From an uncultured Pseudomonadota bacterium (lineage in GTDB: Bacteria > UBA10199 > GCA-002796325 > 1-14-0-20-49-13): a DNA stretch of 64,000 bases. Under the pieces are notes generated by a model, which saw only the letters and a list, made by a program, of their open reading frames with translations, did no database searches and was not told the origin of the DNA. The stretch covers positions 2,713 to 66,712 of the forward strand of contig CAZYHS010000004.1 in assembly GCA_964647545.1 (NCBI GenBank), in the 5' to 3' direction. The translations under genes were made by a program, and so were the position numbers. How positions within the stretch are numbered: the stretch's first letter is position 1; every line of letters starts with the position of its first letter. This document shows positions 37,323 through 46,415 of the stretch, piece by piece.

Positions 37323-38669
37323 GTGTGGATGAAACATGTTTTTTGCACGAAAATTATCAAGTTTTGCTTATTTTTAGCCATTTTTAGCGCTTCGAGCACA
37401 GTTTTTGCCTTAAATTTGGAGCTTTTTAGACCGGTCGGCGACAATCTGGGTACAATTCGCCTTCAGGGGACAAAAACGCTCGACCAAACTCAATTTTCGC
37501 TCGGCGCGTTCGAGTCATATTTAAGCGAACCCCTTGCAATTAAAGGCTACCCAACCCCTCCAACCAAACGCAACGTGGTCGATCGAATGATCACAACCGA
37601 CATCACAGGAGATATCGGCATTAACGACTGGATCAGTGCAGGATTTGTCGTTCCTCTCATCAGCGCAAAGACAGTAAATCCGTCAACCATCGCGACAACA
37701 CCATCTTACGCAAGTCACTTTGCCGCCGGCGACATTGAAATTCACGCAAAATTTAATCCGATAAAACTTGAAGACTATCCGCTGGGCGCATCGCTCGTTC
37801 CGTTCATCATCCTCCCAAGCGGCAGCGAAAAATATTACACCGGTGACAAAGATGTCAGCGGAGGCGTCAAACTCGTCGGCGACTGGGAATATTCGCGCTT
37901 CTATTTGAACGCAACCGTCGGATTCAACGCCCGCTCGAGCGAAAAATTGACCTATCCCGGCACGACCGGCTCGCTTAGAGTGTCGAACGAATTCCTCTTC
38001 GGTGTCGGCGGTCGCGTCGATCTCATCGAAAACAAACTTCAACTTATAGCCGACGTCACCGGCTCGACACCTTTCGGGCAGTTCGCCGAATACGAACGCT
38101 CGTCCCCTGTCGATGCAATGGCGGGCGTGCGCTACTTTTTATTTAACCGCATGCTCGGACTTCACATCGGCGGCGGAAGCGGCTTGAACCACGGCTACGG
38201 CGCCGCGCAATACAGAGTTTACGGCGGCATCACGCTTCAATATCCCGAAACAAAATACCGCGCGCGCACGCAAATGCCGAAAATTATCACCGAAGAAAAA
38301 GAGCGCGTGATAGTTTTCAAAGGGGTCTATTTCGAAACCGCGAGCGCAAAGATCAAACCCGAATCGTTCGCCGTTCTCGACGAGAACGTAAAAATGATGA
38401 AGCAAAATCCCGACCTCGAAGCTAGGATCGAAGGCCACACCGATTCACGCGGTTCGGACGTTCTCAATATGAAGCTCTCGCAAGAGCGCGCAAATGCGGT
38501 TATGAAATATTTCGTCGATCACGGTGTTAGCGCCGACAGACTGGCGGCGATCGGCCGCGGCGAAACCAAGCCTGTCGTTCCCAACACATCGGCCGACAAC
38601 ATGGCGAAAAACCGCCGCATCGAAATGCACATTAAAGTTAAAAACACGATCCAAAAGGTTGTGAATTAA
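37323..38669 (+). CDS. OmpA-family protein (N-terminal beta-barrel plus OmpA_C peptidoglycan-binding domain)
   Basis: VYFETASA, IEGHTDSRGS...LSQERANAV...GRGETKP...NRRIE. Confidence 0.88.
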   Translation: MWMKHVFCTKIIKFCLFLAIFSASSTVFALNLELFRPVGDNLGTIRLQGTKTLDQTQFSLGAFESYLSEPLAIKGYPTPPTKRNVVDRMITTDITGDIGINDWISAGFVVPLISAKTVNPSTIATTPSYASHFAAGDIEIHAKFNPIKLEDYPLGASLVPFIILPSGSEKYYTGDKDVSGGVKLVGDWEYSRFYLNATVGFNARSSEKLTYPGTTGSLRVSNEFLFGVGGRVDLIENKLQLIADVTGSTPFGQFAEYERSSPVDAMAGVRYFLFNRMLGLHIGGGSGLNHGYGAAQYRVYGGITLQYPETKYRARTQMPKIITEEKERVIVFKGVYFETASAKIKPESFAVLDENVKMMKQNPDLEARIEGHTDSRGSDVLNMKLSQERANAVMKYFVDHGVSADRLAAIGRGETKPVVPNTSADNMAKNRRIEMHIKVKNTIQKVVN

Positions 38670-38706
38670 CGGTCACAACCCGAACGGGAATGACATGGGA
38701 AGAGAT

Positions 38707-40035
38707 ATGAAAAAACAATTTTTGATCGCGATCTTATTCGCATTGACACTTAGCACAGCGGCTTGCGGCAAAGGAGGCATGTTCGACGCCGAACTTCCGA
38801 TGGCCCCCGATTTCAACACCAACGATCCCGACATCGACACCACTATTCCCGTCGATATCGACGGAGACGGCATACCAAACGACGATGACAACTGCGTGGC
38901 GGTGGCAAACCCCGACCAGTCCGATCAAGACAACGACGGTATCGGCGATCTGTGCGAAGACGATATCGACGGCGACGGGATTAAGAACGCCGACGACAAC
39001 TGCCCGTTCGCGGCAAACACCGACCAAGCCGACAACGAAGCGGACGGTATCGGCGACGTGTGCGATAACGACGACGACAATGACAACGTTAACGACAACA
39101 CCGACAACTGCCGTTTTATCGCAAACGCAAATCAGATAGACACCGACCGTGACGGCATCGGCGACGCGTGCGACACGGACAAAGACGACGACGGAATTTT
39201 AAACGATAGCGACAACTGTCCGACTCATAAAAATCCCGATCAAGCGGATCTGGACGGCGATGGTTTTGGCGACGCGTGCGACAGCGACGACGACGGCGAC
39301 GGAATTTTAGATGATGACGACAAGTGCCCGTACGACCCGATTGCATCGCAAGACGACAACGATAACGACGGGCTCGGCGACGCGTGCGACCCCGATAACG
39401 ACAACGACGGAGTTCTAAACGCCGCCGATAATTGCGAGTTCGCGGCAAATCCGGACCAAGCCGACAATGAAGCGGACGGCATCGGCGACGTGTGCGATAA
39501 CGACGACGATAACGACGGCATAAGCGACCTGACCGACAATTGCCCGCTGGACCACAACCCCGATCAGGGCGTGAGCCACTTTGGCGGGCCGTTCCCGGCC
39601 GACGCGATCGGCGCAAATTACATGCTAAGCCACAACGGCGCACGGCCGATCGGCGACGAGTGCAACGACGATTATAATTTCGACGGCGTCCCCAATTCGG
39701 GAGGCGCATTAATGGTCGGCGATCCGCAAAGACGCACCGACAATTGCGCCGACTATTTCTCGGCCGAATATTGCAACTGGGCCGATCCCAACGACTGGGA
39801 TAGCGACGGCGTGACAAACGACATCGACTCTTGCGTTGCAATTTCAAACGGCGGCGCAAAGCAGGCCGATATTGACGGCGACGGCTACGGACTTGGCTGC
39901 GACGCCGACATCGACGGCGATTTCATCATAAACTTTACCGACAATAATAATTATCTCGATGCCGACATCGACGGCGACGGGATATTGAACGGCGCCGAAG
40001 CGACGCTCTATTGCGTCTTCGACGCCGGCTGTTAA
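38707..40035 (+). CDS. Lipoprotein with thrombospondin type-3 (Ca-binding) repeats
   Basis: Lipobox TAAC; many DNC..NxDQxDxDxDGxGDxCD repeats; internal DNA duplication near 39001-39078 / 39434-39511. Confidence 0.85.
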   Translation: MKKQFLIAILFALTLSTAACGKGGMFDAELPMAPDFNTNDPDIDTTIPVDIDGDGIPNDDDNCVAVANPDQSDQDNDGIGDLCEDDIDGDGIKNADDNCPFAANTDQADNEADGIGDVCDNDDDNDNVNDNTDNCRFIANANQIDTDRDGIGDACDTDKDDDGILNDSDNCPTHKNPDQADLDGDGFGDACDSDDDGDGILDDDDKCPYDPIASQDDNDNDGLGDACDPDNDNDGVLNAADNCEFAANPDQADNEADGIGDVCDNDDDNDGISDLTDNCPLDHNPDQGVSHFGGPFPADAIGANYMLSHNGARPIGDECNDDYNFDGVPNSGGALMVGDPQRRTDNCADYFSAEYCNWADPNDWDSDGVTNDIDSCVAISNGGAKQADIDGDGYGLGCDADIDGDFIINFTDNNNYLDADIDGDGILNGAEATLYCVFDAGC

Positions 40036-40181
40036 GGCCGGAAAGTGCGACAAAGATACATGAAGCCGGTTCTGTAATTGGCAAAACTTTTTCACCGGCT
40101 GACTAGCCGATTAAGAACTTGAAACGAAACAGGACAACATTTATAGTCGCGATAATTTCGACGTAAAAATTCGGGGGAAAT

Positions 40182-41237
40182 ATGAACCTTAAACAATCTT
40201 TAAAAATTATTAGCAGCCTCAACCTTAAAAAATCCTTAAGGCCCGGAGATTTCCTCAATCTTAAACAATCTTCAACAATTTTAAACTATTTTAAACCAGT
40301 AGTTCTTCTTGTTGCGCTCTTTGCAGCCGCATGCGGAAGCAACGCCGGCGTAAGCAACCCCACCGGCCCCGATTTCGATGTCGCCGAATTAAAGACCATC
40401 AGGGTCGATCAACTGAAAGTTTCCGGCGGTCTTGAAGACGACGAAGACGGCGTTCCTGAAATCGCGGTCTATCTTCGCTGCGCCGACACAGACAAAGACG
40501 TTTTGTGCGCAGGGGCAGATCAAGGCCTTGACCTCATTACAAAAGATTCGATGCTCTACGGCAGGCTCGACGCGAACTTTGTCGATATCGAAGAGACATC
40601 AATTTTCAAATGTTTCGACGTAAAACTAGTCGTGGTCGAAAAGGATTCTAACAACTGCCCATCTCCCATCAACGCCGACGACGACGTTCTATTTGAATCG
40701 CCGGTTCTAACTCTCAACGAAGATGGCAGCGGAACTCTTCTAAAAAACAAGATATCAAATGAAGACGGCTCGGTCGCAGCCTATTTGATAGGGCCGGCCG
40801 ATGACTTGACGACCTCGAACGAACTCGGACAAACTCCGGTCAACGAAAGCAGGCTGGTTCTTGACCAGCTCTATTTCAGAAACCCTGAAATTTTCGGCAA
40901 GGTCGCAAATTTCAAACTGAGCGCAAAAATCGACGAGGTCACCTGCTCGGTCTCTTTTGCGTCGGGCGACACGGGAATTTTGCAGGCAGATGTGATCTAC
41001 GGAAATTTAGGTCTCGACCTTTCGCTCGACAACGAGAACACTTGCTTAATTTCCGATGAGCAAATGGACTTGCCGGTAACAATCGTATTAAACATCGGCG
41101 TTGACGGCCTCACCACAAAACTGCAAAGCGCCGAAGATCTTCTTCTCAAAGACCTCATCGATGACGGAGAAAAGGTCAAGCTAGGCGAAGGTGAAGCAGC
41201 TTTCATCGCTTTTGCACCGATTAAAATAGAAGACTAG
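40182..41237 (+). CDS. Hypothetical lipoprotein with two similar internal modules and a repeat-derived N-terminal extension
   Basis: Lipobox AAAC after residue 50; two DQL...C...D.G...D..YG.L modules. Confidence 0.7.
   Translation: MNLKQSLKIISSLNLKKSLRPGDFLNLKQSSTILNYFKPVVLLVALFAAACGSNAGVSNPTGPDFDVAELKTIRVDQLKVSGGLEDDEDGVPEIAVYLRCADTDKDVLCAGADQGLDLITKDSMLYGRLDANFVDIEETSIFKCFDVKLVVVEKDSNNCPSPINADDDVLFESPVLTLNEDGSGTLLKNKISNEDGSVAAYLIGPADDLTTSNELGQTPVNESRLVLDQLYFRNPEIFGKVANFKLSAKIDEVTCSVSFASGDTGILQADVIYGNLGLDLSLDNENTCLISDEQMDLPVTIVLNIGVDGLTTKLQSAEDLLLKDLIDDGEKVKLGEGEAAFIAFAPIKIED
40185..40296 (+). repeat. Three degenerate 36-bp units (9-bp sub-period) encoding (L)NLK(Q/K)S repeats
   Basis: aaccttaaacaatct / aaccttaaaaaatcc / aatcttaaacaatct at 40185, 40221 and 40257. 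Confidence 0.7.
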
Positions 41238-41435
41238 TTTTCTATAAGCACCCTAACCGTTTGAATTAATTGGAGTTATTCATCTTTTGCAATAATTCCT
41301 AATTATGAGCTTCAACATATTGAAATTTCTTGACAATTTTAGCATTACGCGATTATACGCCTATTGTCCGCGGTTTTGCGAAAATAAAATCAACCATCGG
41401 TCGTTTTTCTAAATGACCGGAAAGGATATTTTAAT

Positions 41436-42659
41436 ATGAAGAAGATGCTGCTCTGCTTGGCGATCGCAGCCGCCTTCCTTACGGGAAGCGTGGCCGCAAG
41501 AGCCGACGAAGTACCTCCCGCCGGAGACAAACCCATCGCGGGCTACAACGGAGGGTTTTTCATCCAAAACCCCGAAGGTTCCTACAACTTCAAGATCAAC
41601 GGACGCTTCCAGCCAAGAATTTATTTCGAAAAGTCTGCGAATATGGAGAGCCAAGCCAGCTTCATGATCAGACGTGCTCGCATCGATTTCAATGCAACAA
41701 TGGCCAATGATTTTAGTTTCGGCTTTTCGTTAAGCCACAGCACAAGCAGCAGCAAGTTCAAAACGGTAAACATTCTGGGCGCAATTGCTTCATATTCGGG
41801 CATTCCTGAATTTGTCATCTCGGCAGGCATGGTAGGCCTTCCGCTGTCGATCGGCGGAGACATGTCTTCGCTGGGACTTATGACACTTGAAGGCCCGCTT
41901 GTCATGTCGCAGGTTGACGGTGGCAATCTCACACCTATCCGCCGCGAATTCGGAAACCCCGACGGTCTTGGACTTAACTTCAGCGGCGACATCGGCAAAT
42001 TTTATTACGCGGTTTCGGTCATCAACGGCGCGACAAAGGTTGAAAACGCCGGAACTCCAGATGTGACAGGCTCGGGAGTCGAATCGAACTACGACTTGGA
42101 TTTCAACAAGAGAATTTCAGCGGGCGCGAGATTCGCGTTCCACATTTTCGATCCCGTCGGCGGTTACGAAATGGACATCCCTTATTCCGAAAAGCCGAAA
42201 CTGACCGTCAGCGTCGGCGGCAACTATCAGGGTAAACGTACCGACCCGACCACGGCAGCTGAAATCAAAAGGCTCCTAACCGGCAGCGGCGGCGCTGCTT
42301 TCAGATGGAGAGGCTTTGCCCTGAACGCAGAAGGTTTCGTACGCAGAACTTCGTTTGACAGCCTTGGAACGGCCCCCTTCTCCGAACTTGAACTCGATGA
42401 CCTTGGCTATTACATCGACGCGAGCTATTTTTTCATTCCCAACAAACTTGAAGTCAACGCAATTGCCGGTCAGATTTTCCGCGAAGGCCCGCACAACGAT
42501 TCGTACGAATTCGGCGGCGGCGTCAACTGGTACATCAACGGCACCCCGAAATTGAAAATGCAGCTGCAATACACGCTCACCGGAAGATTCGACGACGTGA
42601 CGGCGCTTGAAACCACAAAGACCAGCCTCATCGGTCTGCAGATGACGGCGGCTTTCTAA
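41436..42659 (+). CDS. Porin, OprO/OprP-like family (paralog 1)
   Basis: Signal peptide, GYNGGFFI, GRFQPR, IRRARI, GGGVNWY, terminal Phe. Confidence 0.75.
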   Translation: MKKMLLCLAIAAAFLTGSVAARADEVPPAGDKPIAGYNGGFFIQNPEGSYNFKINGRFQPRIYFEKSANMESQASFMIRRARIDFNATMANDFSFGFSLSHSTSSSKFKTVNILGAIASYSGIPEFVISAGMVGLPLSIGGDMSSLGLMTLEGPLVMSQVDGGNLTPIRREFGNPDGLGLNFSGDIGKFYYAVSVINGATKVENAGTPDVTGSGVESNYDLDFNKRISAGARFAFHIFDPVGGYEMDIPYSEKPKLTVSVGGNYQGKRTDPTTAAEIKRLLTGSGGAAFRWRGFALNAEGFVRRTSFDSLGTAPFSELELDDLGYYIDASYFFIPNKLEVNAIAGQIFREGPHNDSYEFGGGVNWYINGTPKLKMQLQYTLTGRFDDVTALETTKTSLIGLQMTAAF

Positions 42660-42680
42660 GCGACTTAAAATATTACGAAC

Positions 42681-42720
42681 AAAAAGGCGTTCGCCAAACC
42701 GGCGGACGCTTTTTTTATTT
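42681..42720 (+). terminator. Intrinsic terminator after porin 1
   Basis: aaaaaggcgttcgcc-aaacc-ggcggacgctttttt. Confidence 0.7.
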
Positions 42721-42825
42721 TGCGAAATTCATGGATGCCAACGTTTTCTCGATTACAAAAAAACTTAGCAACCTTTCAGATAGGGAGGCGATAAATCTTT
42801 CAGGGGCGCAAGAAAGGGTTGCCTT

Positions 42826-44076
42826 ATGCAAAAACTTATCACGTGGGTCATGGTCGCTCTCATGGCCATCTGCTTCGCAATTTCTGCGAGCGCAGAAGAG
42901 CTGAACACTCCACAGGACGACAGACTGCCGGCCGGCTATGAAGGTGGCTTTTACATCCAAACAAAAGACGGAAAAAACAAACTGACGTTCGGCGGCAGAT
43001 TGCAGCCCGAACTCTATTTTTCCAAAGTGAAGGAGACTCCGTCTGAATGGACATTTGCCGTAAGACGCGCACGTCTAGATTTTGGAGCAGTGGTAGCCGA
43101 AAAAGGGCACGTGGACGTCTCGATGATGTACAGCACGTCGAGCTCAAAGTACAAATCAATCAACCTCTACAACGCCATCGCAGGCTGGGATTTTGCGCCA
43201 TACCTCTCTGTCTTTGCAGGCACTGTCGGTATTCCGCTAACAATGTCAACAAGCTCACTCGGTTTCAATTTAATAGAAGCCCCGATTGTTTTGAGTCAGG
43301 ACGATCTGTCCACCCCACTAACCACGCTTCGTTCATCATTTAGCAGCCCCGACGGACTTGGTATTGAATTCACAGGCAAAGCCGGACGATTTTTTTATGA
43401 CGCAACAATTGTCAACGGCGCAACAGCACCAGTACAGCAAAGGATCGTAAAAGACACCTCCGGCAACGATTACGTCGCAGTTCCTGCGTCCGGCGGAGTT
43501 GAATCGAACTACGATCTCAACTTCAACAAGCACGTGTCAGGTGGTTTCAGAGTGGCCTACGACGTTCTTGCCGCTTCCAACACTGGCGCAATGTTCGACG
43601 CCTCTGACTCTCCCGACCCAAAACTCACATTGAGCCTCGGCGGAAACTATCAGGGAAAGAGAACCGACCCTGTCAACATGGCACAAATCGACTACATTTT
43701 GAGCGCAAGCTTCGGTGCGTCATTTAAGTGGCGTGGGCTTGCACTAAGCGCCGAAGCCTTCGGTCGCCGCATTAAAATCGCCGATCCCGGCACAGCAATG
43801 TTTCTCGAGCCGAAGATGGACGACGCTGGATATTACCTTGAAGCAAACTATTTTGTGATTCCTAAAAAACTGTCGGTCGGCCTTGAGGCGAGCCAGATTT
43901 TCCGCGAAGGCCCGCACAACGATTCGTACGATTTTGGCGGTGGCATTAACTATCACATTTCAAACACCTTCAAGATTCAGCTGGCTTACACGCTGACATC
44001 GGTTTACGAAAGCATCACATCGGTCGCACCTGTAAAAACACATTTCATCGGAACACTCTTTACAGCGGCGTTCTAA
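42826..44076 (+). CDS. Porin, OprO/OprP-like family (paralog 2)
   Basis: GYEGGFYI, GRLQPE, VRRARL; shares GVESNYDLxFNK and QIFREGPHNDSY with paralog 1; terminal TAAF. Confidence 0.75.
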   Translation: MQKLITWVMVALMAICFAISASAEELNTPQDDRLPAGYEGGFYIQTKDGKNKLTFGGRLQPELYFSKVKETPSEWTFAVRRARLDFGAVVAEKGHVDVSMMYSTSSSKYKSINLYNAIAGWDFAPYLSVFAGTVGIPLTMSTSSLGFNLIEAPIVLSQDDLSTPLTTLRSSFSSPDGLGIEFTGKAGRFFYDATIVNGATAPVQQRIVKDTSGNDYVAVPASGGVESNYDLNFNKHVSGGFRVAYDVLAASNTGAMFDASDSPDPKLTLSLGGNYQGKRTDPVNMAQIDYILSASFGASFKWRGLALSAEAFGRRIKIADPGTAMFLEPKMDDAGYYLEANYFVIPKKLSVGLEASQIFREGPHNDSYDFGGGINYHISNTFKIQLAYTLTSVYESITSVAPVKTHFIGTLFTAAF

Positions 44077-44094
44077 CCCGACTTTTTAGAACCT

Positions 44095-44132
44095 TCAAAA
44101 ACGCCTGCCTCCCGCACGGAGCAGGCGTTTTT
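44095..44132 (+). terminator. Intrinsic terminator, copy 1 of a 38-bp direct repeat
   Basis: tcaaaaacgcctgcctcccgcacggagcaggcgttttt. Confidence 0.8.
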
Positions 44133-44196
44133 GCCTATTGTCCTGCGAATCAATTCTTGTGACAATGAAATTTCAAGCAGGAAAAAAGGAGACGTT

Positions 44197-46296
44197 ATGA
44201 AACCTATATTACTAGTTCTACTGGCGACACTTGCCCTTACAGCTTCAACAAGAACCGTGTCTGCGGGAGAAGGAGGCAAAAGCACAATTAAAGATTCGTG
44301 TGGATGTTTTCTTTTTTCCGCGTCTGACTTTGCCAACGCAAATGAGATTGAAATCTCCTTGGATAATGATGCTATGCTTACAAAGAAAAGTAAGTTCAAT
44401 AAGATTGGTTGTCTCTCCAACACAAATTCAGGGCCATGTTTCGACTATTTCAAAAAGAACAATCTCTTTTTCGATAAATTCGCCGGCAAGGCCGACTTGA
44501 TCGACAAAGTCACTTTTGCTCAGGGCAACAACCTCGAACGCCTTGAGTTTTACGTCAATAGCGACGCCGCAAATGACAAAGAGCTGGCGATTTCCGGCTA
44601 TCTTCACAGCAAAAATGACAAGAACCCAAAATACTTAATTCTCACGAGGAAAAAAGACGACACCACAACCGCCGCACTGATGCACGTCCAGCTACACAGC
44701 AAAGTTAAATCTCTTGAGATAAGCGGATTTGATTTTCAAAATTTAAAGGGTGAAGCGATCGCAATTTTCGCAAAAGATCTGGAAAACCTGATAATCAAAG
44801 ACAACTCGTTTAGAGATGTCGGCACCGAAGGAAATAATAACCCTGCAATAAAAATTTATACCCGCACCGAAAACGGCAAGGTCGTCAAAAATAAAATTCT
44901 CAACGTCCAGTTTATAAATAACAATTTTGTGATCGATAACGGTAATGACCGAATGAAGTCGCCCGACATCCAGATAGAAAACCTGATTACCGAAAACATT
45001 ACTTTCGAAGGCAATAAATTTTACAGAGAAAACTGGGGTGGGGTTTACAATGTAAAATTCATCGATAGCGATGTTTCAAAGATTCAGGCCGCGATAAAGA
45101 TAGCCATTGAAAATAATCAGAAGAACGCCTTCAATAATCCAAAAAGCCCCTGCAAATATAATCTGTTCGATACAACCGACACCGACAAAGACGGCGTAGG
45201 AGATTTGTGCGACAACGACGACGACAATGACGGCTTTCTAGATGGCGGCACAATTATTTTGGAGGAGGTAAAAGATGATAATGGAAAAACGGTATGCTCT
45301 AGCATGCTCTTCGAAAAAATAAATGAAGAAGAACCATGCACTACAAACCCAAAATGCAAATCCTGCAAAGACAACTGCCCGTTAATACCCAACCTTGACC
45401 AAGCAGATACGAACAATAACGGCATAGGAAATGTGTGTGAGGACAACGATGGCGACGCAATAGTCAACGCCCTAGATAATTGCATTAACACCCCCAACCC
45501 CGGCCAAAATGACACCGACGGTGACGGCAAGGGAGATGCCTGCGATTCAGAAAAAAACACTCCAGATGATATCGACGGTGACGGGATTTTAAACGAGGTC
45601 GATAATTGCAAATATTTTTATAACCCTGACCAAAAAGATACCGACAAAGATGATTGGGGCGACATCTGCGATCCGGACATCGATAACGACACAAAAAAGA
45701 ACGCGGTGGATAATTGCCCCGACGTTTATAACCCCAAACAGGAAAATAAAGATAATGACGGCGTGGGAGATGCCTGCGATAAAATATCTGCCAAAGCAGA
45801 CACACAACTAGTACCAGCACCGACATTTTTGGGCAGGTTCGTTGGCAAAATCCAAAAATGGACCAACACCGGTCCAAAAATAACAAGACATGCGGAGCCG
45901 GACGACCAAGGCGGTGATAACAACGGCTCAAACAACGGAACCGACCCCGACGGGTCTAACCCGCCGGACGGTCCAACTCCGAGCATTGAAGATAAAGATA
46001 ACGACGGAGTTGCAGACGACTCCGACAATTGCATCGCCATTCCCAACGCCGACCAAAAAGATACCGACTCAAACGGAGTTGGAGATGCGTGCGATGTCGA
46101 TGTTATTTTTGTCGATCCTCCGGACGGTGGCGGCGCAAATACCGGAGGGCCTTCAACCACGGGCCCTAACGGCGGCGGAAACACCGGCACAAACACCGGT
46201 AACGGAGCAGACGGCGATGGAAATCTACCGCCAAACAGCCCCGCTCCCGCCGGCAGCGCATCTCTACACGGCGCCGGCTGTTCGCTGATTCGCTGA
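44197..46296 (+). CDS. Secreted protein: AT-rich beta-helix-like N-domain, TSP3 repeats, Gly/Pro/Asn linker and C-terminal GAGCSLIR
   Basis: AGGAGA RBS before ATG 44197, signal peptide, DNCP..N.DQ.D.D.DG.GD.CD repeats. Confidence 0.8.
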   Translation: MKPILLVLLATLALTASTRTVSAGEGGKSTIKDSCGCFLFSASDFANANEIEISLDNDAMLTKKSKFNKIGCLSNTNSGPCFDYFKKNNLFFDKFAGKADLIDKVTFAQGNNLERLEFYVNSDAANDKELAISGYLHSKNDKNPKYLILTRKKDDTTTAALMHVQLHSKVKSLEISGFDFQNLKGEAIAIFAKDLENLIIKDNSFRDVGTEGNNNPAIKIYTRTENGKVVKNKILNVQFINNNFVIDNGNDRMKSPDIQIENLITENITFEGNKFYRENWGGVYNVKFIDSDVSKIQAAIKIAIENNQKNAFNNPKSPCKYNLFDTTDTDKDGVGDLCDNDDDNDGFLDGGTIILEEVKDDNGKTVCSSMLFEKINEEEPCTTNPKCKSCKDNCPLIPNLDQADTNNNGIGNVCEDNDGDAIVNALDNCINTPNPGQNDTDGDGKGDACDSEKNTPDDIDGDGILNEVDNCKYFYNPDQKDTDKDDWGDICDPDIDNDTKKNAVDNCPDVYNPKQENKDNDGVGDACDKISAKADTQLVPAPTFLGRFVGKIQKWTNTGPKITRHAEPDDQGGDNNGSNNGTDPDGSNPPDGPTPSIEDKDNDGVADDSDNCIAIPNADQKDTDSNGVGDACDVDVIFVDPPDGGGANTGGPSTTGPNGGGNTGTNTGNGADGDGNLPPNSPAPAGSASLHGAGCSLIR

Positions 46297-46312
46297 CCGA
46301 TATTTTTACTCA

Positions 46313-46351
46313 TCAAAAACGCCTGTCTCCCGCACGGAGCGGGCGTTTTTT
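46313..46351 (+). terminator. Intrinsic terminator, copy 2 of the 38-bp direct repeat
   Basis: tcaaaaacgcctgtctcccgcacggagcgggcgttttt; 2 mismatches to copy 1. Confidence 0.8.
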
Positions 46352-46378
46352 GTTGGCGCGCTGGAGAGTTTTCTCCAC

Positions 46379-46408
46379 TTGCAATGGCATATTAAAGGCT
46401 GTTATAGA
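46379..46408 (+). promoter_or_regulatory. sigma70 extended -10 promoter, implying a leaderless transcript
   Basis: TTGCAA-N18-TATAGA with TGn; the ATG at 46416 is 7 nt downstream and has no SD. Confidence 0.55.
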
Positions 46409-46415
46409 CGCCGCC

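Noticed and set aside
39001-39511. Internal DNA duplication in the TSP3 lipoprotein as a mobile feature
   Set aside because: Ordinary repeat expansion expected in TSP3 proteins
41288-41325. Fur or Pho box upstream of the porins
   Set aside because: ATAAT-N5-ATTAT does not fit Fur spacing, and no 11-bp-spaced Pho direct repeats are evident
42471-43931. DGR template/variable repeat pair in the porins
   Set aside because: The shared patch is identical with no adenine-specific mismatches; no reverse transcriptase
44077-46351. Integron cassette with attC sites
   Set aside because: The repeats are plain GC stem plus U-tract terminators lacking the RYYYAAC/GTTRRRY cores; no integrase in the window
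46385-46400. sigma54 promoter upstream of the hpnO-like gene
   Set aside because: GG-N10-GC is present but the -12 element reads AGGC rather than TTGC; a sigma70 extended -10 fits better
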